From assembly GCF_963921235.1 (NCBI RefSeq), contig NC_086097.1:213468001-213532000 (forward strand): 64,000 bases of DNA, written 5' to 3'. The translations under genes and the position numbers were made by a program. The notes below the pieces were generated by a model, which saw only the letters and a program-made list of their open reading frames with translations, did no database searches and was not told the DNA's origin. The DNA is from Mobula hypostoma (lineage: Eukaryota). This document shows, in pieces, positions 37,700 through 51,454 of the stretch (position 1 is the stretch's first letter; each line of letters opens with the position of its first letter).

Positions 37700-40090
37700 A
37701 AGACCATAAAACATAGGAGCAGATTTCGGCCATTTTGGCCCATCGATTCTGTGCCGCCATTTCATCATGGCTGATCCAGCTCCCTCTCAGCATCAGTCTT
37801 CTGCCTTCTCTCCATACCCTGGCCAAACAAGAATGTATCAAACTCTGCCTTAAATATACCCAATGACTTGGCCTCAAGTACACCCAATAAATTGGACTAC
37901 ACAGCTGCCTGTGGCAACAAATTCCACAGATTCACTACTCTCTGGCTAAATAAGTTCCTCCTCTTCTCAATGCTAAATGGGCATCACTCTTTTCTGAGAC
38001 TGTGTCCTCTGGTCTTAGACTCCCCTACCATCCTTTTCACATCCACTCTCTATAGAGGCCTTTCGACATTTGATACCATTCAATAAGATCCCCTCTCAAT
38101 CTTCTGAATTCCAGTAAATACAGGTCCAGAGCCATCAAACAGCCCTCATACGATGAACCTTTCAGTCCTGAAATCATTTTCGTGAACCTCCTTTGACCCC
38201 CCCCTCCAATGTCAACACATACTTAGATAAGGGGCCCAAAACTGCTCTCAATACTCCAAGTGAGCCCTCACCATTACCTTGTAAAGTCTCAGCATTACAT
38301 CTTTACTTTAATATTGCAGTCCTCTCGTAATGAATGCTAACATCACATTTGCTTTCCTCACCACTGGCTCAATCTGTAAATTAACCTTTAGGGAATCCTG
38401 CATGAGGACTCCCAAATCCCTTTGCACCTCAGTTTTTTGAATTTTCGCTCCCTTTAGAAAATAGTCTACACATTTATTTCTTGTACCAAAGTGCATGACA
38501 ATACACTTCTTGATACTGTATTCTATCTGCTACTTTGCCCGTTCTCCTAATCTAAATCCTTCTGTAGCCTTTCTACTTTCTCAAAACTACTTGCCCCTTC
38601 ACTTGGTATTATCTGAAAACTTGGCCACAAAGCTGTCAATTCCACCATCCATTCATTGATATACAACATAAAAAGAAGTGGTTCCAACCCTTGTAACACC
38701 GCTAGTTACCGGCAGCCAACTAGGAAAGGCTCCCTTTATTCCCACTCTTTGCCTCCTGCCAATCAGCCACCAATTTACCCATGCTCATATCTTTCCTGTA
38801 ATACAATGAACTCTTAACTGGTTGAGCAGCCTCAAGTGGGGCACTTTGTCAAAGGCCTTCTGAAAATTTCATCGATTCTTCTTTGTCTATCTTGCTTGTT
38901 ATTTCTTCAGAGTTCCAACAGATTTGTCAGGCATGACTTTCCCTTGAGGAAGCCATGCTGACTTTGGCCTGTTTGATCATATGCGTTCATGTTCCCCGAA
39001 ATCTCATCCTTAATGATCAACTCCGCCATCTTCCCAGCTACTGAGGTCAGACTAATTGACCTATAGTTTCCTTTCTTTTACTTCTCTCCCTTGAAGAGTG
39101 GAGTAACATTTGCAATTTTCCAGTCCTCCAGAACCATGCTAGAATCCATTGGTTCTTGAGAAATCATTACTAATGCTTCCACCTCTTGTAGAACCCTGGG
39201 CTGCAGACAATCTGGTCCAAGTGCCATATCTACCTTCAGACCTTTCAGTTTCCAAGAACCTTCTCAATATTAATGGCAACTTCATTTCCTTCTGCCCCCT
39301 GACACTCTCGAACTTACGGCATACTGCTTGTGTCTTCAGTGATGGCTGATGCAAGCTACTTATTAGCTTGACCCCCAGTACTACCTCTCCAGCACCGTTT
39401 TCCAGTGGTCCGATATCTGCTCTTGCCTCTTTTATACTCTGTACATCTTCCAGTATTATTAGCTAGTTTACCTTCATATTCCATCTTTTTATCCTTTGAC
39501 ATTTTAGTTGCCTTCTGTTGGTTTTTAAAAGCTTCCCAATCCTTTAACTTTTCACTAATTTTTGCTCTATTATATGCCTGTATTTGACTTTTATGTTGCC
39601 TTCGACTTGTCAACCATAATTGCATCATGCTGCCTTTAAAATACTACCACTACTTTGGGATGCATCTATCCTGCGCCTTTCAAATTGCTCCCAGAAACTC
39701 CAGCTGTTGCTGCTCTGCATCATCCCTACTTGAGTTTCCTTTCAGACGATTTTGGCCAGCTCCTCTCTCATTCCTTTGTAATTCCCTTTACTACATTCCT
39801 GTAATACATCTAACTTTAGCTATTTCTTCTCAAATTGTAGGGTGAATTCTGCCATATTATGAGAACTGGCCCCTAACGGTTCCTTTACCTTAAGGTCTCT
39901 AATCAAATCTGGTTCATTGCATGTTTCCCAATCCAAAATAGCATATCCCCTTTCGGCTCAACATGAGCTGCTCTAAAAAGATATCTCGTAGGTATTCTAC
40001 AAAACCTCCCCCTTGGGATTCAGTACCAACCTGATTTTCTGAACCTATCTGCATATTAAAATCCCACTTGACTATTGTAACATTGCCCTT
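37700..40090 (-). mobile_element. Long decayed CR1 ORF2 plus 3' UTR
   Basis: MHFGTRNK...QRDLGVLMQDSLKVNLQ...KANVMLAFITRG; colinear with the CR1 at 1-2832. Confidence 0.88.
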
Positions 40091-42321
40091 CAAAGGAGGA
40101 TGCCTCCTACTCATTAAGTGCCATTTATTTTTTAGTTAAAATTTTAAGGTTATTATTGTAGCTCCATGTTATAAGCCTGGCGTTCTTGCCATATCGTTCC
40201 CATCTCACTCAATAGCCGATGTTGCAATTGAACTATAACCTTGTCCATTTAAATTCAAACTATGATATCTCTTGGCATCTGTGATTGCCTAATTCTATAA
40301 TGTTACCTTCTCTGCCCTGACTCAGCACACCTGTTGAAGCACTCATTTATGTCTCCATTACTTCTAGTCTCCATTGCCCCCCTTGTAGACATCTTAGTTT
40401 TTGCCTTCCATCAGAAACCTGTTGAACATATCCCATCCCAGCATCAAGCCCTGACTATCCATTACCCATGACTGTTTTAACGTATATTACTTCCAAATAT
40501 CGCATGCTTTGCATCTTGGTATTTAACATCCTCCCTATAGCCTCAAGCCTTACATGCCCTCACCCCTCTTCCCCTCATCTTCTTATTCAGTACTTGTCAT
40601 TTGTCTTCACTCAGGGTAGCCGATCATGGCTTCAGATTGCTAGCTGCTTTGATCTAGAATTCACTCCTTAAACCTTTATGTTACTGCATCTCTTAGACTT
40701 AAAAGCTTTTCTTTAATCTAACCTGGATTTTTGGTCTCTCCTTTACCTACGTTAACTCAAGTTTTTATCTGCAGTGTTCCTTTGGGAAATTATGCAATCC
40801 AGAGGCACTATATTAATATCAATGGCATTATAGAGCTTATACAGCCCTCTTTTTACTATGTATGTCTTAAAGCCCATGTTCAAACTACAGTGCAGAAATT
40901 GTTTCTGTTGCAAATTTTGTGATAATACTTGCTCTGGTTTTATTTTACTGTGCACTTGCCGCTGTTTCTTGTTGCCTTTGAAACACCAGCAATGACTTGT
41001 GGCTTGGAGCAGAGCCTACAAAATCTAATGAGAAAGAATATCATTTTGTACGCATCTAATACATTGGATTAATTATTTTTTTTGTGAATAAACTTACCAG
41101 AATGGGCAATTTTCTGCAATCACTTCATTAGTTAGTTTTTGGTACAACCATTCATTTTAGATAAAAATGCAGTTCACATTTTACTGTTTGGCTTGGTGAA
41201 TCTGGTGTAACTCCTGTATAAGATGACTTTGCAATACATTTTCTTAAAAAAGCTGGGATTATCTAGCATATTGTAATTAAAAATTGTTGGCTAAATTGCA
41301 GAAGCTGGCGATGCAAGGTAAACATTTTGGAGATGCCATTTGTGAATAAAGGAACAGTTAACATTTCAGTGTGCTGTTGACATATTTCAAAAGTTGATAT
41401 ATTTAACTTGTAGACAAGCAAGAGGTAGTGGAGAGCGATGGGGAAAAGCAGGGAATAATATCTGGTAAGATAGAAACAAGAAAAGATGAGTGACGCTGTC
41501 TATTGTCAACTCTGAGGATGTGCTAAAGCCATATTCTTGAAATAGAAACCTTTTCAGGGAAGACATTCAATAGAAGAACAGAGGAGAAAAATAAAAAGCT
41601 GGAACCCAGGTAAAGAACATAGCAGTTCCTGGAAATGTGAAATTAAGTGTGCTAGGAAAGCCAAGTGAGTCAACTTCTATGGAGAGAGAAAAACTGAGCT
41701 ATATCAGAACTGGACAGAGATCAGAAAAGAGAAAAGAAATGGAAATGCTCGAGATTTGAAGCAAAACATTCAGTGCAAGTAGCAAGTGCAATTTTGGTAC
41801 TGCTTCAGGAAGTACATTTATGAAATAATTTAATGAGCTGGATTGTGTTACTTTGCAGCTGGTGGCTTTGTATAGAACATCAGTTATGTCAGTTCTGTCC
41901 TTCCATGACTATTCTTTGCAGCACAGAATTTTGGAATGAACTAGGGGTCAGATTCTGCTACATCTAGCCTCATGCTTCACTACTAGAATTGGTATTCAGT
42001 CCAGGCTGAGCACACGATGTCTTAAGCTGAGGGTCCAAATGCATTTCATATTCTTGAACATTATACCAGAAATGGCTGTTGGCATAGCCTCTATTTTTGT
42101 TGAAAGGGTAACTGCAGGTAATGTATTTTACTTTAGTCTACCTAATTGTAATAGACTTAACTATTTATATTTCTTAAAAGAGCTTCTAAATTTATTTTAA
42201 TATTCCCCGATGTTGTTAATTGAATTCTTTTGAATAGGTTTTAAGTATCTCACACTATTAAATGTCAAATACCATCTAATAAAAGCACGTCAGATCAGTA
42301 TTGTTTTTTTTTCATCTGACG

Positions 42322-42652
42322 TGGAGAGGATGTTTCCTATAGTGGGGGAGTTCAGGACCAGGGGGCACAGCTTGTGAATAAAAGGATGTTGCAGAGAACA
42401 GAGATGAGGAATTTCTTTAGCCAGTGGGTGATGAATCTGTGGAATTCATTGCTACAGATGGCTGTGAATGCCAAGTCATTGACTATATTTAAAACAGAGG
42501 TTAATAGGTTCTTGATTGTAAGGGTGTCAAAGATTGCAAGGAGAAGGCAGGAAAATGGGGTTGAGAGGGGTAATAAATCAGCTATGATGGAATGGTGGAT
42601 CAGACTTGATGGTCTGAATGACCTAATTATGCTCCCATGTTTTATGGTCTCA
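42322..42652 (+). mobile_element. CR1 3' fragment
   Basis: RTEMRNFFSQWVMNLWNSL and CR1 tail. Confidence 0.85.
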
Positions 42653-42689
42653 TGGGGCCTATTCACCACTTTATTCATTTTCCAGCATA

Positions 42690-44275
42690 CAGTTGTCACT
42701 GTAAATTCAGCATTCATTGTTCTCTAACTGTCCCTGAGATGCTGGTGATCTGCCTTTTGCTGTTACGGCCTTTCGTGTGAGGTACTCCAGCAGCCCTGTA
42801 ATGAATCTGGAGATCAGGTGAGGATGAAGGAACAGCAATATACTTCCAAGTCAGGGTGGTATACAACATGGAAAATCTTTAAATGGTGGTGTTCCCAGCA
42901 CCTACTATACCATTTTCCTCCACCTTGAGGCTAGTGGTTATGGGTTTGGGAGATGCTGTTGGACTTGCGGAGGCAAGTTTATGTCGTGATTTCTGCAGCC
43001 ACTGTGCTCACGAAGGAGCTGAATGGTTAGAGTGGTAGGTTGGCTGATAGTTGGATTGCTTAATACCGAATAGCTTAATATGAATTGTTGATCTGCATTT
43101 ATTAAGACACAATGGATAGTATGCCATTAAGCTCCTGGCTTGTGCCTTTGTAGATGGTGGAAAGGCTTTTAGCATATGAGGTGGTAAGTCACTTACTGCA
43201 GGATGTCCATCTCTATTATCTACTCTTTAGCTACAGTATTTCTGGCTGGTTCAGTTGAGTTTCTGGACAGTGGTGATCCTAATAAGTTGTTAATGGGCAG
43301 TCTGTTGAAAGTGACGCAGAAGCTGAGCCTCTTTCATTGGAGATTATCATTACTTGGTGCTTTTTGTCGTGTGGATGTTATCTGCCACTTGTCACACTAT
43401 GTGTAAACGTTGTCTAGGTCTTGCTGCATATCAGCCTGGACTACTTCATTTGCTGAGTAAGGAATTGTGAACTATATTGAACATTGCTGTCATTCCACTT
43501 CTGAGCTTACGAGAGAAGTAAGGTCATTAATCAAATAACTGAACATGATTAGCCTGGAACGCTGCTCTGAAGAACTCGTGCATTGATGTCCTGGTGGTCC
43601 AAGCAGCATAATCAGCTTTTCTATGAAATATGAATCCAGCCAATGCAATTTTTTTAACCACACAAAACATCTTTTAAATTTTTCCATATTGTATTACTCA
43701 GTTCTCTGCTGCATATTTGGACCAAGGCAGTGATCACATCTGGAGCAGATTGGTTGTAGTAACAACTAGGCTCGATATTGTTGAGCAGGGTATTGGTGAT
43801 GAAGTGCTGCTTTAAAAGCACTGTTGGTGACAGCTTCCTTCGCGTTATTAGCTGGATTGAATTCGTCCTGCCTTTTCCAAATGGGCCATGAAACATAGTA
43901 AATTTTTCTCACAAGGTAGATTATGGCATTGTAACTCTACTGGAACTTATCTCTTGTCTTGGCTAGTCCGGGAGCAAGGGTCTTTACCTCCCATCAGTGA
44001 TACTGTGTTCTTTGTATTTGCTGTGTCCAGCACATTCATCCATTTCTTGAAAGCAGGTGGAATGAACTGAATTGGCAGGAAAGCACCTACTGCAAGGGTA
44101 TGGTTCTCAGAAGGAAGCTGAGATGGATTACTTACTCCACTCCACCTCTGTCTGGCTGAACGTGGTTGTGAATGCTTCAGCCATTAACACTCACGTGCTG
44201 GGCCCTGCTGTCATTCAGAGTTGTGATATTCATGAATCCCCTTTTTAGCCATTATAATTGTCCATCACTATTCAA
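42690..44275 (-). mobile_element. Old L2/CR1-group LINE remnant
   Basis: Reverse-complement similarity to 52370-52885 (e.g. ttgtagatggt / accatctacaa); no open frame. Confidence 0.45.
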
Positions 44276-44284
44276 GACAATTAA

Positions 44285-45390
44285 AATCAAAATATGCAGA
44301 GGCTGTAATAATGTCAAAATGTTGGAAGTGCTCAGGTCAGGCTGCATTTCTCCAAAGAGAAGCAATTAATATTTCTCAGAACTGAAGAGGAGTGAGGAAA
44401 CTATGTTACGGAGATAGGAGGGTGAAACTGGGATGCCTGTGGGGATCAACTGCAAACAAGTTTATCTGGTTATTGAGTGAATAGGAGCTGTTAGAGAATG
44501 AGAATGTAGTTCTGAAATGTAGAGCAGGAAGACATGTCAACAGGTCCTCCTGGCAGAGGTAGAAAGGCAAAATCACAGATGGACATTTGAAATATGTGGG
44601 AAACTTGATTTATCTGAAGTTGTGGAATTGTTTCTCAATTCCAGAAGGATACAACATGCCCAAACAGAAGATGATTTGTTGTACCTCAAGTGTGTATTGT
44701 GCCTCTGTGTAACACTACAGGATACCGCAGACTGGTCAGTGGATAGCAACATGACAGGATGTCTTTGATTTTCTTAAAGTTGAGTCTGTAAATCTGAAAT
44801 AAAACCAGAAAGTGTTGGAAACCATTCACGGGCTAGGCAGCATTTCTGGAAAGTGAAGAGTTAACACATTGGGTCAGAGAATTTTTCAGGTCTAAGAAAG
44901 TGATTTTTTATTTAAAAAAAGACAATTTTAAATTGCTGAGGTGTCAGGAGGGAGCAATTGGACAAAGGACATAACTGAAAAGGTGAGACCAGATCAAATG
45001 GGTTAAAAGGATAGATGGAGAGTGATAATGCTGTTTTGTGATATGTATTGCTAACTGCAGGATTGTGAAGTGGCCAGCAGGTCTAGCTCTACTAAAAGGG
45101 GTGGAGCGGGGGGAGAGATAGAAATAGCCAGTTCTGAAGAAAAAGTTAGTCACCTAACAATGGAGAATTCAGTATAGAGTCTGGAAAGTTGCAACGTGTC
45201 GCATGGGAGTATAAATGTCCCTTAAGCTTGCTTAGAACCTCAGTGTAACATTGTGGAGGCCATATATACTGGTCACAGTGGGATATGCAATTAAAGTGGC
45301 CAACAACCGGAAACTTGGTCAGTCCAGTGGACCGAATGCAGGTGTTGTGCAAAGTGATTGCCCAGTCTGTGTTCGGTTCCTCCAGTACAT
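44285..45390 (-). mobile_element. Two tandem decayed PLE 3' remnants with GIY-YIG traces
   Basis: RLGNHFAQHL-like and PVVGHFNCISH translations at 45290-45390; PLE tail motifs at ~44300 and ~44785. Confidence 0.55.
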
Positions 45391-45956
45391 GTGCACACTG
45401 AAATAAAGAAACTGGAGGGATGACAGCAGTTGCAAGCTGAATTGAACCATGATCTGACCAACTATCTTTTACCGTAATTGGGTGTTATCAACATAGTTGC
45501 AATCTTTGCCAATAGTTGGGAACTGTATTTTTCCTAGTTACCATGACTGAAAGTATATTTTGTGATTGTGAAATTTAAATGGCAAATGTTTGTGAAAGAA
45601 TCTTTTTGCAAATGTGAAAATGTCATCGATAAAATAATTAATTCCAGGGCATCATTTAGATTTGACAATCATAGCACTAACTTCTAAAGGCTTCAGCTTT
45701 TTGGAAATTGCATGATTTCTCAAATGTTGCCCATTCATGGATTGTAATTCACAGCATGTAAAATATTTCAAGATAATTTTTGAAAAAATTTGCAGAGAAA
45801 TAAAGTAGTATAGGAAACAAATCTGGAAGAGGTGTGTGTTTCATAGTTAGTGATCATGTTGAATTTTAGCCATGTCCACATTGTTGAAAGCTAATATGCA
45901 CAACAAAATAAGAAAAATAAATCCATTGTGCTTTGTTGTCCCACCTATTTTTGCAG

Positions 45957-46043
45957 GTTGAGGATGAGCCTTTTAATCCAGATTATGTGGAAGTAGATCG
46001 AATACTTGATGTCTCACATAGCATTGATAAAGATAGTGGAGAG
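45957..46043 (+). CDS. CHD7: CHD7 coding exon (~exon 9): VEDEPFNPDYVEVDRILDVSHSIDKDSGE, start of chromodomain 2
   Basis: ttttgcag| ... |gtaac; FNPDYVEVDRI motif of CHD6-9; 87 nt. Confidence 0.93.
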
Positions 46044-47659
46044 GTAACATATTTTACTGACTTTTCTGAAAGTTATTTTGCAAGAAATCTTAGAATTAAA
46101 AGTGCTTTTATATATCATTTCCCCTATTTGGGTGTAGTTCTTTGCCTTCATTAAGTGTGGTGCAATTTGTTCAGTTTCATTGAAGTGACAATTGAAAGAA
46201 TTATCTTTTTTAAGATGAAGTAAATCTTATATTAATGTGTACTGAAGTCCAAAGGCCATTATTTTCACTTTATTACATATGGTTGAGCAGTGAACAATAT
46301 TGGTTAATAATCATTTCCTCTTGAAAAATACTGTTTAAATTAATTTATTCTCTCCATGGTTCCCAACTAAGCATCTTTAAAATTCTTGGATGGTTCACAT
46401 GAGAATTTCACTCAATAACCATAGTCAGGAATTGAAGATTAATATTAATTTTGAAGTGTACTTTCAATTGTTTAATTCTTTTTCAACTTGAGTACGTGTT
46501 TTATTCCAACTTGTAGTATTGTTGCCATTTATTTTTAGCCTGTATCTAGGTTTATTGCCTTTATTTGTATGTCTCTTGTGGTTGCATTCAAAATACAGCA
46601 TGGAGTTTTTACTGTGTTGATGTAAAGAGATCATTATTATAAACGTTCTGATTAAGAATCATTGCATCAATGAAACACTGCATAGCAATCTGGCATTGAT
46701 GACCCAAGACCTGTAACAAAACAGATGACTGTCAACCATCCTCAAATATGATTCAGTTCAGGATCAATTAAAGTACTGTAAACAATATTGCCTATTCAGC
46801 AATACTTGTATCGTATGAATGAGCAGGAAAATCTTTACCTTACTAATTTGTGCCAAGCTCTGCGCTCGAATGGATGTTAGTTTTGTCTGATTTTTAGGAA
46901 TGAGAAACTACTGGACTTAATTGCTGTTTCAAGTTGCTAGTCAATGAATTCTATTGGAAGTATGTACATGAGAGCCCCAAAATGGGCTCTTCAGGCAGTG
47001 AGTAGTTGAAGATCAAATTTGAATTTCCACGAAGAATAAGATTGTGGAAAACAACGATCCTTCCATTAGAGCACGTTATGAGAAAACATGGAAATTTTCA
47101 AATGTATGAAAGCTAGGGAATATTAGGTGGATTTAAGATCAGGTTTAATATCACTGGCATATGTCATAAAATCTGTTAACTTTACGGCAGCAGTACTATG
47201 AAATACATGATATATTAATAAAGAATACTGAATTGCAGAAAATATGTCAATTAAATAGTTAAGTTAAAAGTAAGTAGTCTAAAAAAGACAATAAAAAGTA
47301 GTGAGAAACTGAAAAATAGATTTTGTAGGAGGAACCATAAATGGAGTCTGTCTTAAACTTGTTAAAACTTGCGTCAGAACACAATGCATGGTTGATAATG
47401 GATCAAAGGAACAAATTCAGGTTCCATGTATGTTCTGACATCGTTCTTAACTACAAAAAGGCAATAAATGTTTTGAAGAACTTGTTGAAATGAACTTTTA
47501 CAGACTGGTGTGAAATTGATCTTGAAGTAATGTGTTCATTTATCACTTAAATCTTGTGTATGGCATGACCTAAACATGGTCATATTTAAAAAGAAATTGT
47601 GTAGAAATTGTATTCATTGTAAATTAGGTTGTTAACTTAAAAATTGAACTCTTTAGTTG

Positions 47660-48148
47660 AATCAGAATCAGACTTATTATTATGGACACAATGTGAAATT
47701 TTTGTTTTGTGTCAGCAGTACAGTGCAAAGCAAATCTATAAATTACAAAAATAAATAGTGCAAAGAATGGTAGTATGTTGAAATCTGATTGTGGTGGGGG
47801 AAGAAGTTGTTCCTAAATTTCTGAGTGTCTTCAAGCTCCTGTACCTCAAGTTAGTAACAAGAAGAGGGCATGTCCCAGATGCTAAGGTTTCTTAATGATA
47901 GATGATGCCACGTTGAGGCACCAACTCTTGAAAGTGTTCTCTGGTAGGGGAGGGTTCTGCCCATGAGTCTGTAACCCTCTGCAGCTTCTTTTCGTTTTGT
48001 GCGTTTGGGTTCCATACCAGGCTACGATTAACCAGTCAAAATACTCTCCAGAAATTTGCAAAGGTCTACAATGACATTACAAATCTCCTCAAATTCCCAA
48101 CAGAGTTTCTGGTGTGCCTTCCTTGTAATTTCATCAATGTGTTGGGCC
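47660..48148 (-). mobile_element. Rex1/Babar 3' fragment (another tail at ~47135-47300)
   Basis: aatcagaatcag tail, cagcagtacagtgcaa, gaagagggcatgtccc motifs shared with other Rex copies. Confidence 0.7.
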
Positions 48149-49271
48149 TGTGAGATGGCTTTTTAGAGCAGATTGTGGTTGAGCCTCCTTGGGGAACGGC
48201 AATTCTGCATTTGGTGTTATGTAACTACCCAGATTTGATTAGGGAGCTTAAGGTAGAGGATTTCTTTGGAGACAGTGATCATAGTATGATAGAATTCACC
48301 CTGCAGTTTGGGAGGGAGAAGATAAAGTCAGATGTATCAGTATTACAATGCAGTAAAAGGAGTTACAGAGACATGAGCGAGGAGCTGGCCGAAATTGATT
48401 GGAAGGGGAGATATGCAGGGATGACAGAAGAACAGCAAAGACTGGAAGCAATTAAGAAGGTGTAGAAAAGATAAATCCCAAAGATTGATTAGTATTCTAA
48501 AGGGAGGATGAGGGAACTATGGCTGGCAAAGGAAGTCAAAGATTAAAATCAAAACAAAGGGCATATAGTATAGCAAAATTAGCTGGAAGGTAGAGGATCG
48601 GGAAGCTCTTAAAAACTAACAGATGGCAACTAAACAGCCATAAGGGGAGAAAAGATGAAATATGAAAGTAAGTTAGTTAATAATGTAAAAGACGACACAA
48701 AATGTCTTTTTTTTCTGATAGGTAAAGAGTAAAAGTGGATATTGGACCACTGGAGAGGAAATAATGGGTGATAAAGAAATAGCAGACAAACTTAAATATT
48801 TTGCATCAGTCTTCACAGTAGAAGTCACTAGCAGAATGCCAGAAATGTGAGAGTGTCAGGGGACAGAAGTAAGTGTGATTGCTTTACTTGGGACCCTGAA
48901 AAGTCTGAAGGTAGATAAGTCACTTGGTCCAGATGGACTGCACCCCAGGCTTCTGAAAGAGCTAGATGAAGTGATTGTGGAGGCATTAGTAATGATCTTT
49001 CAAGAATCACTAGTTTCTGGAATGGTTCCAGAGGACTGAAAAATTGCAAAATTTTCTCATCTCTTTAGGAAGGGTGGGAAGCAGAAGACAAGAAATAGTA
49101 GGACAGTTAGCTTGCCTTCAGTGGTTGGGAAGATGTTGGAATCAATTATTAAGGATGAGATTTCAGGGTACTAGGGAGAATATGATCAAATTGACCAAAG
49201 TTAGCTTGGTTTCCTTAAGGGGAAATCGTGCCTTGCATATCTGTTGGAATTTTTTGCGGAAGTAACATTCA

Positions 49272-50149
49272 GGCTACATCCACACTAGACCGGATAAATC
49301 CATAACCGAAGCTGCTTCTCTTCATTTTGACCGTCCGTCACACTGAAATGGAGTTTACCTCCCCCGAAAATGGAGATTTTCTAAAACGCCCTCCAGAGTG
49401 TGTAAATTTGAAAACGCCAATTGTGCAGAGCAGTGTGGACAGGGTAAATGGATACTTTTAAAAACGCTGTCATGACGTACCTGCACAGATGGCGGCAGCA
49501 CGGCATTTCATTGTTTTCTTGAACGCAAACCCCCACACAGCCTAACAATTTCAGAACAAACAGCAACGATACTGAAGCCAGAAGATTTAGAGATGTACTC
49601 ACCAAATACTTTGACCCATAGCTTAGTGAATAAATAAGTGTACTCACTTTGCCCTGTTTTTTGTCCTTGCTTGTATGAAGGTGGTTTACCTACATGTGTA
49701 ACAGCCTAATGTAACATTGTATGGAAATACAAGAAAACACTGATGCAGACGTGTTTTATACATTTTACAGGGTGCTTTATTAATGCAACAGAGTTAGTCA
49801 GTTTTTCAATGTTCGTTGTCAGCCGTGTCATACTGTCCGTGAACTCCCTGTCGGTTGCCTCCATACGCTCCAGTATTTGTTTTTTTTTAAGTTTTAAGTC
49901 CTCCTGCGCGAGAGCCAAGAGCAATTCCTTTTAAGTTTTTCTAGTCTAACTGGACAAACACGCACCAAGTATACCGTTTCCTCTTCGCTTGTTTTCCTTG
50001 TGTCCTGTGCATGCCCAGTAGGAGGAGATTCGCCCAAATATCCGTCTAATGTGGATGGAGATATTTTCAAAAACGCCTGGTGTGGACGCCTATCATTTTT
50101 ACGCGAAACCGGCATTTTCAAAATTATCTGGTCTAGTGTGGATGTAGCC
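49272..50149. mobile_element. PIF/Harbinger non-autonomous element
   Basis: 26-bp TIR ggctacatccacactagaccggataa (1 mismatch); 3-bp TSD tca. Confidence 0.88.
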
Positions 50150-50496
50150 TCAGAATAGATAATAGAATTGGTGGATGTTGTGTACTTGGATTTTCAGAAG
50201 GCCTTTGACAAGGTGGCGCACATGAGGCTGCTGAACAAGATCAGTGCCCATGGTATTGCAGGAAAGATGATAGTACGGACAAAAGATTGGCAGACTGGCA
50301 GGAGGCAGAGTGAGAATAAAGAGTGCCTTTTCTGGTTGGCTGCTGGCAGAGGACAGAGTTGGGACCAATTTTTTTCATGTTCTATGTCAATAATTTGGAT
50401 GATGGAATTGATGGCTTTTTGGACAAATTAGCAGATGTTGTAGGTGGAGTGGTGAGTAGTGTTGAGAAAGCAGTGTGTCTGCAGAAGGATTTACAC

Positions 50497-50562
50497 AAGG
50501 GGTTCCTAACCATTTTATGCCATTAACCGAGGGGTCTGTGGACCCCAATTTGCGAATCCGTG
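50497..50562. mobile_element. 66-bp hAT-type micro-MITE
   Basis: 8-bp TSD atttacac/acttacac; aggggttcctaac / ttgcgaatccgtg decayed TIRs. Confidence 0.65.
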
Positions 50563-51454
50563 ACTTACACAGACAGGACCTAGAAGAAGTGGCAAATGGG
50601 AGGTGGAGTGGGGGGAGAGACTGTGGCTATTTACTCTATCATGCATCTTATCATCTTGTACACCTCTCTCAAGTCATCAAAACAGATAAAATGTATAAGA
50701 GAATGCAATTTCTGAAAATTATTCTTTTGAATCAGCATATTTTTTATGAATTTTCAACAATGGAGGATTTTCCACTGGATTCCATAATGAAGAATGAACC
50801 AGTACAACAAGATAAGTTAAAGTAGGTGAACATTAAGGCCATAAAATGATCATGGAGATAGACACAAATATCAGAAGCATAATGTTAATAAACTAGATAA
50901 AATAATAATTTTGAGGGACTTTAAATAAATCTGTTAACAGAAAAGTGACCAGCCATCAGCATAAAATATTGACAATCGATGTAGTATGATAATTGCAGAC
51001 ATTTAAAGTGGAGTTTGGAGGTGCAGTAAAAAATATTTTCTGTTATAAGACTGAGACAAGCAGCAATAATAGGGCTTCATGAATGAATCAAGAAATTGGG
51101 CAATAAGTGAGGATAAGAAAAGAAGTTTATATCATGTATGTAGCCAAGGACTGTGTAACATGAAAGGATTTGGGAGAATTAAAATAAATTTGAAGACACA
51201 ATCTATAAAATTAGGGTAATAAGGAACATAAAATAATATTCTGAAGGGTCTAGTGGATGCAGAGTGATTATTTCTACTTGTGAAGAAGAGCATAACTAGT
51301 TAACATCATTATAAGATGATGCCCAAATAAAACCTCAAAAACAAAAGTGTGCAACAAATCTGGAAGAAAATGAGGTGGTGGAATCAAAGGATGATATGGG
51401 TGGAGACTTGTAAAGTGGGGGGGGGGGGAGAGTTAAAACAAGCATGAAGTGGTT

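Larger units (their letters stand above)
48150..50600 (+). mobile_element. Decayed CR1 ORF2 interrupted by two DNA elements
   Basis: GDSDHSMIEF; VDVVYLDFQKAFDKVAHMRLLNKI resumes right after the Harbinger insert. Confidence 0.88.
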
